Of a stretch of 32,000 nucleotides of DNA, positions 1-8,580 are shown piece by piece. Under the pieces are notes generated by a model. That model searched no databases. It was not told the origin of the DNA and saw only the letters and a program-made list of their open reading frames with translations. This DNA comes from Chlamydiales bacterium (GTDB lineage Bacteria > Chlamydiota > Chlamydiia > Chlamydiales > SM23-39). Within the stretch, counting starts at the first letter, position 1. The number at the start of each line of letters is the position of its first letter. The stretch is from the NCBI GenBank assembly GCA_965261025.1, contig OZ253438.1, positions 1,020,001 to 1,052,000 on the forward strand, written 5' to 3'. The translations under genes were made by a program, and so were the position numbers.

Positions 1-463
1 AGGAGGACTGCATATAGAAACCGACGTATACCCCGGGTTTATGACGGATTGGCAGCAACTTTTTGTCCCCTTTCTTACTCAATGTGAAGGAATTTCTGTA
101 GTTCATGAAACTGTTTATGAAAAAAGATTTGGATATACCAAAATTTTGCAAGAGATGGGAGCAGAGCTATCCCTTTTTACTGAATGTTTAGGAAGTAAGT
201 CTTGTAGATTTTCTTTTGGCAGCCACAAACATAGCCTGATAGTGAAAGGAGCCACTCCTTTAAAAGCCCACGACATCTCTATACCAGACTTACGGGCCGG
301 TTTTGCTTATCTCATAGCTGCTTTAGTAGCGGAAGGGACCTCTACTATATGCAATGTCTCCTTTCTGGATAGAGGCTATGACTCCTTTGTAGAAAAACTT
401 GCCAGTTTGGGGGCCGATATTGAAAGAGTCTCCCTCTCTCCTAAAGAGAAGGTTTCTGTTTAA
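1..463 (+). CDS. murA: UDP-N-acetylglucosamine 1-carboxyvinyltransferase (MurA), C-terminal part; 5' end lies outside the window
   Basis: Frame 2 is open from the window edge (GGLHIETDVYPGFMTDWQQ...). MurA-type C-terminal motifs are present: PGF.TD.Q, DLRAGFAYLIAALVAEGTS and LDRGY..FVEKL..LGA. Confidence 0.85.
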   Translation, partial: GGLHIETDVYPGFMTDWQQLFVPFLTQCEGISVVHETVYEKRFGYTKILQEMGAELSLFTECLGSKSCRFSFGSHKHSLIVKGATPLKAHDISIPDLRAGFAYLIAALVAEGTSTICNVSFLDRGYDSFVEKLASLGADIERVSLSPKEKVSV

Positions 464-489
464 TCTTTCTTCTTTTTATACTCTCTCCC

Positions 490-1467
490 ATGGATAGATG
501 GCGAGTTATTCAAAAGAAAAACTTTGTAAAGCTGCAAAAACTTCTTGCCTTTTTAGAGATAGATAAGACCTGTTCTTTGTGGGAAAAACCTCTTTTTCCT
601 TTAAACGTGCCTTATCGCTTAGCAGAAAAAATGAAAAAAAAAGATCCTAAAGATCCTCTTTTCCTTCAATTTGTTCCTTCCCAAGAAGAAAAAATAGAAA
701 AAAAAGGGTTTTTCAAAAACCCCACAAAAGACCCCTCCTTTTTACAAACTCCTAAACTTTTACAAAAGTATGAAAAAAGAGCTCTTTTACTTACTACTTC
801 TGCTTGTGCTATGCATTGTAGATACTGCTTTCGACAAAATTTTTCTTATGAAACTACCCCCTGTTTTTCCCAAGAGTTAGAAGAGATAAAAAAAGACTCT
901 TCCCTTTTTGAAATTATCCTGAGTGGAGGAGACCCCCTTTCTTTATCTTCTTCTTCTCTACACTCTTTATTAAAAGAGTTGGATAAAATACCCCACCTAA
1001 AAGTTATCCGATTTCATACTCGATTTTTGTTGGGAATTCCTGAAAGAATAGATTCTTTTTTTGTTCACTTCTTATCTTCTCTAAGAAAAAACTTGGTTTT
1101 TGTCCTCCATGTAAATCACCCCAATGAGCTCGATACAGACATAGAAAAAGCGGTTCTTCATTTAAGAAAAATTCCCTCTCAGCTGCTCTGTCAAACCGTT
1201 TTGTTAAAAGGTGTGAATGATAACGTATCTACTCTTGTTAGGCTCTCTGAAGAGTTGATTAAAATAGGGATTCTTCCTTATTACTTACACAAACTAGATC
1301 CTGTACGTGGATCTCACCCTTTTGAAGTGGCTCCCCAAAAAGCGCTTTTTTTGATTCAGAAACTAAGAGAAAAAGTACCGGGTTATGGAGTCTTTCGCTT
1401 CGTCCAAGAAATCCCAGGGGAAAAAAGCAAAACAGAGCTACATCCTATCCACTACTTCAATACCTAA
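490..1467 (+). CDS. epmB: Lysine 2,3-aminomutase-like radical SAM protein (EpmB/YjeK family, EF-P modification)
   Basis: CAMHCRYCFRQ is a CxxxCxxC radical-SAM cluster motif, followed by SGGDPL. The 325-aa length and overall layout are typical of YjeK/KamA-like proteins. Confidence 0.8.
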   Translation: MDRWRVIQKKNFVKLQKLLAFLEIDKTCSLWEKPLFPLNVPYRLAEKMKKKDPKDPLFLQFVPSQEEKIEKKGFFKNPTKDPSFLQTPKLLQKYEKRALLLTTSACAMHCRYCFRQNFSYETTPCFSQELEEIKKDSSLFEIILSGGDPLSLSSSSLHSLLKELDKIPHLKVIRFHTRFLLGIPERIDSFFVHFLSSLRKNLVFVLHVNHPNELDTDIEKAVLHLRKIPSQLLCQTVLLKGVNDNVSTLVRLSEELIKIGILPYYLHKLDPVRGSHPFEVAPQKALFLIQKLREKVPGYGVFRFVQEIPGEKSKTELHPIHYFNT

Positions 1468-3180
1468 TAGGTGTAGTCCTTTTTCTAATACTCTACCTAC
1501 CAGATGACAAAGCAGAAGTCGGCTTTTTTCTTCTAAAGCTCCCTCTACTCTACAATCCCTGAAAAACGCATTAAACCTTTCTGCTAAATCATATAGGTAA
1601 TCGGTAAATCTATGCGGTAAAAGATCCTGAGCAAAGTGAGACAATACCTCAGGAAATCTGGCTATATGTAGCGCTAAAGAAATCTCTGAAGGATGCTCAA
1701 GACATATCTGAGCCGTCTTATACAGGGAAGTGGGATCTAGTTTTACCTTTCTTTTAATTCCTTGCACTCTCACATAAGAATACAGGAGAAATATAGCTGT
1801 ATTTCCTTCAAACTGAAGCATTTTATCATAGCTGAAAAGATAATCCCTCTGTCTGTGGGTAGAAAGATCCGCATATTTAATAGCAGAAATAGCCAAAGTC
1901 TTTGCTAAGGCTTTTTTTTCTTCTTCTCCCCCTTCAGAAGGTCGTTCTTCTAAAATCTTTTCCGCTTTTTCTATCCCCTCCTCTAAAAGATCCATCAGTT
2001 TCACGGTTTCCCCGGATCGCGTCTTTAGCCTTTTTCCATCGGAGCCTAAAACTACCCCAAATCCTACATGATCTAATTTCGTCTTTTGGGGATCCCAAAA
2101 ACCTGCCTTTTTAGCTACCTCAAAGACCATTTCAAAATGAAGCGATTGTCCCTGATCGACTACCAAAATGATCTGATCTGCTTTTTCCACCCAGATCCGA
2201 TGCTTCAAAGCAGCTAGATCCGTAGTAGCATAATTGAATCCCCCGTCAGATTTTTGCACAATGAGGGGAAGAGGTTTATTTCGTTTAGAAACAAACCCTT
2301 CTAAGAAAACGCACTTGGCTCCTTCAGAAAGAGAAACAATCCCCTTTTCCTCCAACTCTTTTACAACCTGTTGGAGAAAGTCATGATAAAAAGACTCTCC
2401 TCTTTCCTCAATAGATACTCCTAAAAGGTCATAAATTTTATGAAAAGCCTCCCGGGAGATTTGGCAAAATTTTTCCCAGATTTCTAAAGACTTTTTCTCC
2501 CTTTTTTGTAAAGAAACTACTTCTTTATGGGCCCGCTTTTTAAAAACTTCACTCTGATCAAATTCTTTCTTTGCTTCCTTATAAAAATGCATCAAATCAG
2601 AAAGGGTAAATTTTCTCTGCCCAGAAAGAATATGAGGCTCTTTTTCCTTCACATAAGCAATTAACATCCCAAACTGGGTCCCCCAGTCTCCCACATGGTT
2701 CAGACGAAGAACCTTATGGCCTAAAAAAGTAAAAAGACGGGCCAGAGATTCTCCAATGATTGTAGAACGAAGGTGACCTACGTGAAGCTCTTTTGCAATA
2801 TTAGGAGAAGAAAATTCTACGATCACCTTCTCTATTTTCTTAGGAGTTTCCACTCCCAAGCGGGGATCTTTTACCATCTCTTCCACCCTTTTTTGTAAAA
2901 ACTGGGAATCAAAGGTAAAGTTGATAAAACCAGGGCCGGCTACTTCCACTTGGGAAAAAAGACCCTTCTCTTGCAAAAGGGGGAGTAATTTCTGAGCTAC
3001 TTCTCTAGGAGGCTTTTGCAAGCTCTTCCCTAATTTCAAGGCATCATTACACTGGTAGTGACCAAATTTTTCATTCTGGCACCCCACCACTTCAGCCTGC
3101 CAAATATCCCTCTTTTCTGGAAAAACTTCTTGGACTGCTTTAGTCGCTTTTTTCCGTACAATCTCAACTAAAGATTCCAT
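1438..3180 (-). CDS. argS: Arginine--tRNA ligase
   Basis: Class I HIGH motif in SSPNIAKELHVGHLRS, conserved GDWGTQFGML, and the typical ArgS C-terminal ...DRM stop. I chose the start at Met20 of the tracked ORF (MESLVEIV...) because AAGGAGAGA sits immediately upstream. This start also removes the overlap with the upstream gene that ends at 3188. Confidence 0.93.
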   Translation of the reverse strand: MESLVEIVRKKATKAVQEVFPEKRDIWQAEVVGCQNEKFGHYQCNDALKLGKSLQKPPREVAQKLLPLLQEKGLFSQVEVAGPGFINFTFDSQFLQKRVEEMVKDPRLGVETPKKIEKVIVEFSSPNIAKELHVGHLRSTIIGESLARLFTFLGHKVLRLNHVGDWGTQFGMLIAYVKEKEPHILSGQRKFTLSDLMHFYKEAKKEFDQSEVFKKRAHKEVVSLQKREKKSLEIWEKFCQISREAFHKIYDLLGVSIEERGESFYHDFLQQVVKELEEKGIVSLSEGAKCVFLEGFVSKRNKPLPLIVQKSDGGFNYATTDLAALKHRIWVEKADQIILVVDQGQSLHFEMVFEVAKKAGFWDPQKTKLDHVGFGVVLGSDGKRLKTRSGETVKLMDLLEEGIEKAEKILEERPSEGGEEEKKALAKTLAISAIKYADLSTHRQRDYLFSYDKMLQFEGNTAIFLLYSYVRVQGIKRKVKLDPTSLYKTAQICLEHPSEISLALHIARFPEVLSHFAQDLLPHRFTDYLYDLAERFNAFFRDCRVEGALEEKSRLLLCHLVGRVLEKGLHLLGIEVVDRM

Positions 3181-3187
3181 TCTCTCC

Positions 3188-4315
3188 TTAAAGAAAGAGA
3201 GGAAAATGCGGTTTTTTGGTCCTCTTTCCAATTCCATATCGAATACGATACTCCGCTAAAGCATTGGCTGCAGCTTGCGTAGACATACGATTTTTTTCTG
3301 CTATCTCATAAATACCTAAAAGATTTTCATAAATCTTTTCTACCTTGTCTCTAGGTCTTTTCGGATGATAACCCTCTTCTTCTAGTTCTGCCGATACATT
3401 CAAAAGTCCCCCTGCATTCACTACAAAGTCGGGTGCATACAAAATTCCCCTCAGTTGCAAAAGGTCTGCATGCTCCTCCTTTTCCAGCTGATTATTGGCT
3501 CCCCCTACAATTGCCTTGCAGGCAAATTTCGTCAGGGTCCGATCATGAATCACTTGTCCCCTTGCACAAGGAGAAAGTACATCACATTCCACCTGTAGGA
3601 TCTCTTCTGCAGAGACTACCGAAGCTCCATATTTACCGGCAAGAGCTCTTGCTCTATTTTCATTAACATCACTTACAATCAGATCTGCTCCTGCCCAAAA
3701 AAGATACCCCAAAAGAGCTCCTCCCACACTTCCCAAACCCTGTATGGCTACCGTCTTTCCTTCCAAAGAATCCGTTTTATAAAGCTTTTGTACGGCAGAC
3801 TGAATCCCTTTAAAGACCCCCCTAGCAGTAAAAACCCCAGGATCGCCGCTTCCCTTATCTCCAGGAAGGCCTACTACGTAGTTAGTCTTGCTTCGAATTA
3901 TCTCTACATCTTTCGTGGTACACCCCATATCCTCTGCGCAAATATAAAGCCCTTCCAAAGACTCTACTGCTTCTGCAAAAGCTAGTAAAAGCTCTTCTTT
4001 ATTTTCTGCATTGGGATTTGCTATGATGACACTCTTTCCTCCTCCAAAACCTACTTCGGCTACAGCTGATTTATAAGTCATCCCCTTAGCTAAGCAAAGT
4101 ACATCTTTTAAAGCCTCTTCAAAGCTCCCATAAGGAAGGATCCTAGTCCCCCCTAAAGCAACCCCTAGGCTAGTGCTGTGTATCGCAATAATCGCTTGTA
4201 ATCCCACTGAAGAATCTGTTACCTTCAAAACTTTTTCGTAACCAAAAACAGATAACTCCTCCATTTTCAAGGATCCCCTCTGTAAAAAGGTACTCTCTTG
4301 CCTTAGCGTACTCAT
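3188..4315 (-). CDS. Glu/Leu/Phe/Val-family amino-acid dehydrogenase (leucine dehydrogenase-like)
   Basis: Catalytic-Lys block GFGGGKSVI, Rossmann motif GLGSVGGAL and GGANNQL; the length of about 360-375 aa fits LeuDH/ValDH/PheDH. The start is ambiguous: both ATG 4315 (GAGGG 7 nt upstream) and ATG 4264 (MEELSVF..., GAGGGGA upstream) have SD-like sequences. Confidence 0.85.
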   Translation of the reverse strand: MSTLRQESTFLQRGSLKMEELSVFGYEKVLKVTDSSVGLQAIIAIHSTSLGVALGGTRILPYGSFEEALKDVLCLAKGMTYKSAVAEVGFGGGKSVIIANPNAENKEELLLAFAEAVESLEGLYICAEDMGCTTKDVEIIRSKTNYVVGLPGDKGSGDPGVFTARGVFKGIQSAVQKLYKTDSLEGKTVAIQGLGSVGGALLGYLFWAGADLIVSDVNENRARALAGKYGASVVSAEEILQVECDVLSPCARGQVIHDRTLTKFACKAIVGGANNQLEKEEHADLLQLRGILYAPDFVVNAGGLLNVSAELEEEGYHPKRPRDKVEKIYENLLGIYEIAEKNRMSTQAAANALAEYRIRYGIGKRTKKPHFPLFL

Positions 4316-4385
4316 GGATCAACCCTCTTTTAAAAAATTAAGTGACTATACCTTAAGTAAAAACCTTAGGTAAGTTTCTTTTATA

Positions 4386-4403
4386 CCCCTCGCAAATGAG
4401 GGG
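4386..4403. other. Perfect 6-bp stem / 6-nt loop hairpin (CCCCTC GCAAAT GAGGGG) in the divergent intergenic region
   Basis: The inverted repeat was read directly. It lies about 70 nt upstream of the dehydrogenase start on the minus strand. Confidence 0.3.
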
Positions 4404-4603
4404 AAATTTTAACAAAATCTTTACTTAGAAAACAAGCTATTCTCTTTTTTAAAAAATCCACCTCGTTTTTATTTTCCCCTTCTTGTTTTAAATGTGTTCG
4501 CTATGCTAAAAGCTTAGGCTACTACTTTAGAAAGGCTGAGGACTAAATAGACTCAGTACATAGTTCTTTTTTAGCAAGCTTTTCAGCATGAGGTTCGGAC
4601 TAG

Positions 4604-5320
4604 ATGACTAAAACGAAAATAGATAGTGCACTAAAGAAAAATTTACTCGTTTTTTTGCAAAAACAAAAAAGCACAGACCTCCTAAGCAGTTACCTATTTT
4701 ATATAGAGAAAAAATTTCATTTAAAACCTGTTTTATTCCCTAAAGAGAAAATTATTTACCAAAGTTTAGACTCTTTAGTACAAAAACTGGAAAAAGAAGG
4801 GAAGCTTTGCAGGGAAGTAGAAATAAAAATTCAATTTGGACAACAAAGCGTAAATGAAAAAACTACAAAGATTTATATTTGCCCTTTTACGGGAAAGGTC
4901 TTTGGAGATAACACTCATCCGAATCCTCAAGATGCTATATATGACTGGGTTTCCCGTTGCCCTGAAAACACAGAAAGGGTAGGCGGGCTTAAGGCAAAAC
5001 GGTTCCTAGTTTCTGAAGATCCAGAAATCATCAAAAACTATTATACCAAAAGAAAAGATCCCATTACAAAGGTAGTTTTCTCTTCTGTCATTTCTGGAAA
5101 GCTCTTTAACAGCAAAGAGGCCGTTGTAGAGGACTTTATAGAAAATCATGTGAAAAAACTTTCTTTACAAGAAGTGCAAAATCAAAACCGCTTTCAAATA
5201 GAAGAAACTTTTTTAAGTTTTATAAGAGAACAGGTTACAGAGACAAAGATCTCTCGATTTGTTGAAGAACTTTCCCAAGAGGAAGACTTTGAGCCTTATT
5301 TGCAGAAATGGCTAAAGTAG
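4604..5320 (+). CDS. Hypothetical protein (238 aa), no family recognised
   Basis: Long ORF in the co-directional gene run. Its 3' end overlaps the tsaE start by 13 nt, suggesting translational coupling. No motif identified apart from two isolated Cys-Pro dipeptides (ICPFTG, SRCPEN). Confidence 0.6.
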   Translation: MTKTKIDSALKKNLLVFLQKQKSTDLLSSYLFYIEKKFHLKPVLFPKEKIIYQSLDSLVQKLEKEGKLCREVEIKIQFGQQSVNEKTTKIYICPFTGKVFGDNTHPNPQDAIYDWVSRCPENTERVGGLKAKRFLVSEDPEIIKNYYTKRKDPITKVVFSSVISGKLFNSKEAVVEDFIENHVKKLSLQEVQNQNRFQIEETFLSFIREQVTETKISRFVEELSQEEDFEPYLQKWLK

Positions 5321-5772
5321 AAAGAGAACCTCCTAAGGAAGGAAAGTATTTTTTTTCTTCCTATGAAGAAGTAAAAAATTGGGCCGCAGGGTTTGTGTCT
5401 CTTCTTAGAAAAAATACCGTTGTCGCCTTGCATGGAAACCTCGGGGCGGGAAAAACCTCTTTCGTAAAGGCCTGCGCTCCTTTTCTGGGAATAGCTCCTT
5501 CCTTAGTAACCAGCCCGACGTTCTCTTATCTTCACGTTTATGAAGGAGATTTTTTCCTATATCATTTTGATTTGTACCGCATCTTCTCTTTAGAGGATTT
5601 TCTACATTTAGGATTTGAAGAATATTTTACTAAAACAGGTATTTGTCTTATTGAATGGCCTGAAAAAATAGCCTCTATTTTACCTAAAGAAACGCTGCAT
5701 TTACACTGGGATTTTGCTAATCTTGGAAGAATGGTAACCTTTAAGAAGGAGCTTTCCCTTTGCCTTCAATAG
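5308..5772 (+). CDS. tsaE: tRNA threonylcarbamoyladenosine (t6A) biosynthesis ATPase TsaE (YjeE)
   Basis: P-loop GNLGAGKTSFVK followed by SPTFSY..Y......HFDLYR and IEWPE, the canonical TsaE layout. Size is 154 aa. Confidence 0.85.
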   Translation: MAKVEREPPKEGKYFFSSYEEVKNWAAGFVSLLRKNTVVALHGNLGAGKTSFVKACAPFLGIAPSLVTSPTFSYLHVYEGDFFLYHFDLYRIFSLEDFLHLGFEEYFTKTGICLIEWPEKIASILPKETLHLHWDFANLGRMVTFKKELSLCLQ

Positions 5773-6512
5773 AAAAAGAAGAGTTTATTTGTCTTGACTG
5801 CGAAACAACCGGTCTGGACTTAGAAAAAGATCAGATTATTGAAGTAGCTTTTGCTCGTTTTACTTTTTCTGAAGTTTTGCAAACTTATGAAACTTTGATT
5901 GATCCAAAGTGCGCTATTCCCGAGGCCTCCCAACAAATCCATAATATCTCTGTAGAAATGCTCGAAGGAAAACCCCACATCGGAGCCATCCTTCCAGAAT
6001 TGCTACCACAGATTTCGGGCCATGTGATTGTAGGTCATGGTATTTTTTTTGACCTATCTTTACTGGCTAGAGAAGCAAAAAAGATGAACCTATCCATTCC
6101 CAAACCTTTTTTTCCCTACATAGATACGCTAAGAATGGCCAGACTCTATGGGGAAAGCCCTGTAAATTCTTTAGAGAAGCTACGGCAACATTTTCAAATC
6201 CCTTCTTATGGATCTCACCGGGCCATGAGCGATGTAATGGTAAACATAGAGGTGTTTAAAAAACTAGCTACCCCTTACAAAAGCACAGAACATTTACGCG
6301 CCGTTTTACAAAAACCTATCCGACTCAAAACCATGCCTTTAGGAAAACATAAAGGCAGAAAATTTGAAGAGATCCCTCTAGAATATCTTCTATGGGCTCA
6401 GAAAAAAAATTTTGATGAAGACCTTACCTATTCTATAAATTCAGAGATTAAGGCACGAAAGAAAAGGAGGGGCTTCCAGCAAGCTTCTAACCCCTTTTCT
6501 TCCCTTTCTTGA
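5760..6512 (+). CDS. DEDDh 3'-5' exonuclease (DNA polymerase III epsilon / DnaQ-like) with a C-terminal GKHKG...YLLW domain
   Basis: Exo I ICLDCETTGLD, Exo II VGHGIFFDLSLL and Exo III HRAMSDV. The C-terminal MPLGKHKGRKFEEIPLEYLLWA resembles the small domain often fused to such exonucleases. The only start upstream of Exo I is TTG at 5760, overlapping tsaE by 13 nt. Confidence 0.8.
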   Translation: MPSIEKEEFICLDCETTGLDLEKDQIIEVAFARFTFSEVLQTYETLIDPKCAIPEASQQIHNISVEMLEGKPHIGAILPELLPQISGHVIVGHGIFFDLSLLAREAKKMNLSIPKPFFPYIDTLRMARLYGESPVNSLEKLRQHFQIPSYGSHRAMSDVMVNIEVFKKLATPYKSTEHLRAVLQKPIRLKTMPLGKHKGRKFEEIPLEYLLWAQKKNFDEDLTYSINSEIKARKKRRGFQQASNPFSSLS

Positions 6513-6666
6513 CCTCGGATTATCTTCCAAAGAAAAAAACGAATCAAAGCAGTGAACCCCTCTTCCGTCCTAGGATTTTCTAAAATATTTAATATAAGTA
6601 AGTTAAAAAAACACCTTGTAAATTCAAAATTTATAATGTTTTATTAACGATATTTATAAAAATATC

Positions 6667-6695
6667 TTGATATATAAAACTTTTATTAGTATAAT
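6667..6695 (+). promoter_or_regulatory. Sigma-70-like promoter candidate for the first MORN gene (TTGATA - 17 nt - TATAAT)
   Basis: -35 TTGATA at 6667-6672, an exact 17-nt spacer, and consensus -10 TATAAT at 6690-6695. It sits 37 nt upstream of ATG 6733. In an AT-rich region such matches can arise by chance. Confidence 0.4.
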
Positions 6696-6732
6696 ATGTG
6701 TCTCTAATACAATTAATTAAGGTAAATTTTTT

Positions 6733-8580
6733 ATGTCAGCAAAGACCGAAGCTGCTAGTTCAGTTACCCCAAAAAGTGTTGTTTTTTTCGCTAAAAAAAA
6801 AGAGGATCAACCCCTTGAGTCTACAAAAAAAGTCATGCCATTGGCTATGGATGCTTTAAGTCAACAGCAAAATACCTCTGCCCCGTCTAGCAAAATCTAT
6901 GAAAAATCTACTCAAACTCAGACTCTTCTTGAAAAAGAAGTTTTTATCTTCAAGACCAGCACAAGTTATGGAAGCTTTTTCGATGCTACAGGAAAAAATC
7001 AGGGAGCCATACGGTATCCCGACGGAAAAACCTATATAGGATCTATTAGAAATAGCTCAGAGGCTCACGGTTGGGGAACCTTAATACTCGAAGATGGAAC
7101 ACAATGCCGAGGCCTTTTTGAAAAGGACCTATTACCAAAAGGCACCCTTGTCTATCCTGATTCTTCCATTTATAGAGGATCTATTAAGAATAACTCAAAA
7201 GCCCACGGCTGGGGGACCCTAGTTTTGGAGGATGGAACACAATGCCAAGGCCTTTTTGAAGAAGGCCTATTACCAAAAGGCACTATCATCTATCCCGATT
7301 TTATAGTTTATGAAGGCGCTATTCAAAATAATAAAGCATGTGGTATGGGAACCTTGATTCTGGAAGATGGAACGAGATGTGAAAGCGTTTTTGATAACGG
7401 AAAAGCGGGAGAGTGTACCATTAGCTATCCTGACGGAACTGTTTACGAGGGAACCGTGGATGAAAGTTTCCAACCCCATGGAAAAGGAACTTTCTTCTTC
7501 GAAGATTCTACTAGGTGTGAAGGCGTTTTTGATAACGGAAAAGCAGGAGAGTGTACCATCCAATACCCCGATGAAATGGTTTATAAAGGAACTATCAAGG
7601 AAAATTTCGAACCTCATGGGAAAGGGGCTTTTATCTTTAAAAACGGGGTTTCCCATGAAGGAGAAATAGAAAATGGAGTCCTGAAGGGAAAAGGGGTATT
7701 TCGTAATGAAGCAGGTGTTTCTATCTCGGGCAGATGGGTTCAAAACGGCTTTATCGCAGATGATTCTTTTTTAAGAATAAACAACCCCGTATTTCTTAGT
7801 AGTCTGCTAAACGAAACCCTCTTTCCTCGAGGTCTAAATGCTTTGGGTATTTTTTGTAATTACTACGAAGAAAGAAACCTCTATCCAGAGCTTACCCGTT
7901 TTTTTAAAGAAACACTCAGAATTAATAACCTTCCTCAAGAAAAATTAGTAGAAGAGATTTTGACAGGCTTAAATAAAGAACAAACTTCTGACTCTTATTT
8001 ACTTCCTCTTAGCAGTAAAGAACACCAGATGCTATTAGAAATTGTATCAAAAAAATCTGTTGTTATTTTCAAAATATACAACTCTGGAGAAGGAGTAGAC
8101 CATCATGCAAAAAAACCTGTTAAGGAAGGCTTAGAGCCTCCAATCTATGATCACTATCAGACTATGCTGCAAATTCAAGTTCCTAAAAAGCATGTTACAA
8201 AGCGTCTTATTAAAAATATCCTGAATGTATTGAGTAGTACAGAAAAAGCTTACAGCCTTTTTTTAGAGCTTCCGGAAGTCTGTATATTAAAGCAAGAAGC
8301 CCCGATAATTTGGCAAAAAGAGCAGAAAGGCTCTAACTGTACCTTAAGAAGCCTACTGGTTTTTTTGAAACATAAGCTAGGTAGCGCAAATTATAACGAA
8401 ATGAAAATAAATCTTCTTAGTGACTGCGAAAAGGCTATAAAAGAAGGCTCTGATGAATTTACAAGATCATTTTTACCCGTGCTCGTAGCAAAAAGGCTCA
8501 AAAGGCAAGAAAAATTCAGGGATAAAATAGCCTCATCTCCCCAAAACGAAGATTCTACCATCAAAAACAGCAAAATTTAG
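6733..8580 (+). CDS. MORN-repeat protein (615 aa) with a conserved C-terminal His/Asn/Cys (CE-clan-like) domain; candidate effector
   Basis: Low-complexity N-terminus, then about five 46-aa double-MORN units (Y.G......HGWGT....DG....G.F..G...KG). A domain of about 260 aa follows and is shared with the 9294..10613 paralog. It contains YLLPLSSKEHQMLLEI...VIFKIYNSGEG and WQKEQKGSNCTLR. Confidence 0.85.
   Translation: MSAKTEAASSVTPKSVVFFAKKKEDQPLESTKKVMPLAMDALSQQQNTSAPSSKIYEKSTQTQTLLEKEVFIFKTSTSYGSFFDATGKNQGAIRYPDGKTYIGSIRNSSEAHGWGTLILEDGTQCRGLFEKDLLPKGTLVYPDSSIYRGSIKNNSKAHGWGTLVLEDGTQCQGLFEEGLLPKGTIIYPDFIVYEGAIQNNKACGMGTLILEDGTRCESVFDNGKAGECTISYPDGTVYEGTVDESFQPHGKGTFFFEDSTRCEGVFDNGKAGECTIQYPDEMVYKGTIKENFEPHGKGAFIFKNGVSHEGEIENGVLKGKGVFRNEAGVSISGRWVQNGFIADDSFLRINNPVFLSSLLNETLFPRGLNALGIFCNYYEERNLYPELTRFFKETLRINNLPQEKLVEEILTGLNKEQTSDSYLLPLSSKEHQMLLEIVSKKSVVIFKIYNSGEGVDHHAKKPVKEGLEPPIYDHYQTMLQIQVPKKHVTKRLIKNILNVLSSTEKAYSLFLELPEVCILKQEAPIIWQKEQKGSNCTLRSLLVFLKHKLGSANYNEMKINLLSDCEKAIKEGSDEFTRSFLPVLVAKRLKRQEKFRDKIASSPQNEDSTIKNSKI
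7015..7743 (+). repeat. In-frame tandem repeat, period about 138 nt (46 aa = two MORN motifs), about 5 units
   Basis: Units begin at about residues 95, 141, 187, 232 and 278 (YPDGKTYIGSI / YPDSSIYRGSI / YPDFIVYEGAI / YPDGTVYEGTV / YPDEMVYKGTI). Neighbouring units share long nucleotide identities, for example ggaacacaatgcc.aggcctttttgaa and gcgtttttgataacggaaaagc.ggagagtgtaccat. Confidence 0.85.

Noticed and set aside
3181-3237. A 19-codon N-terminal extension of argS that overlaps the upstream dehydrogenase gene.
   Set aside because: An AAGGAGAGA SD directly precedes the internal Met (MESLVEIV...), and that start abuts the dehydrogenase stop without overlap. The extension (MELERGPKNRIFLSFFKER) is the dehydrogenase 3' end read in another frame.
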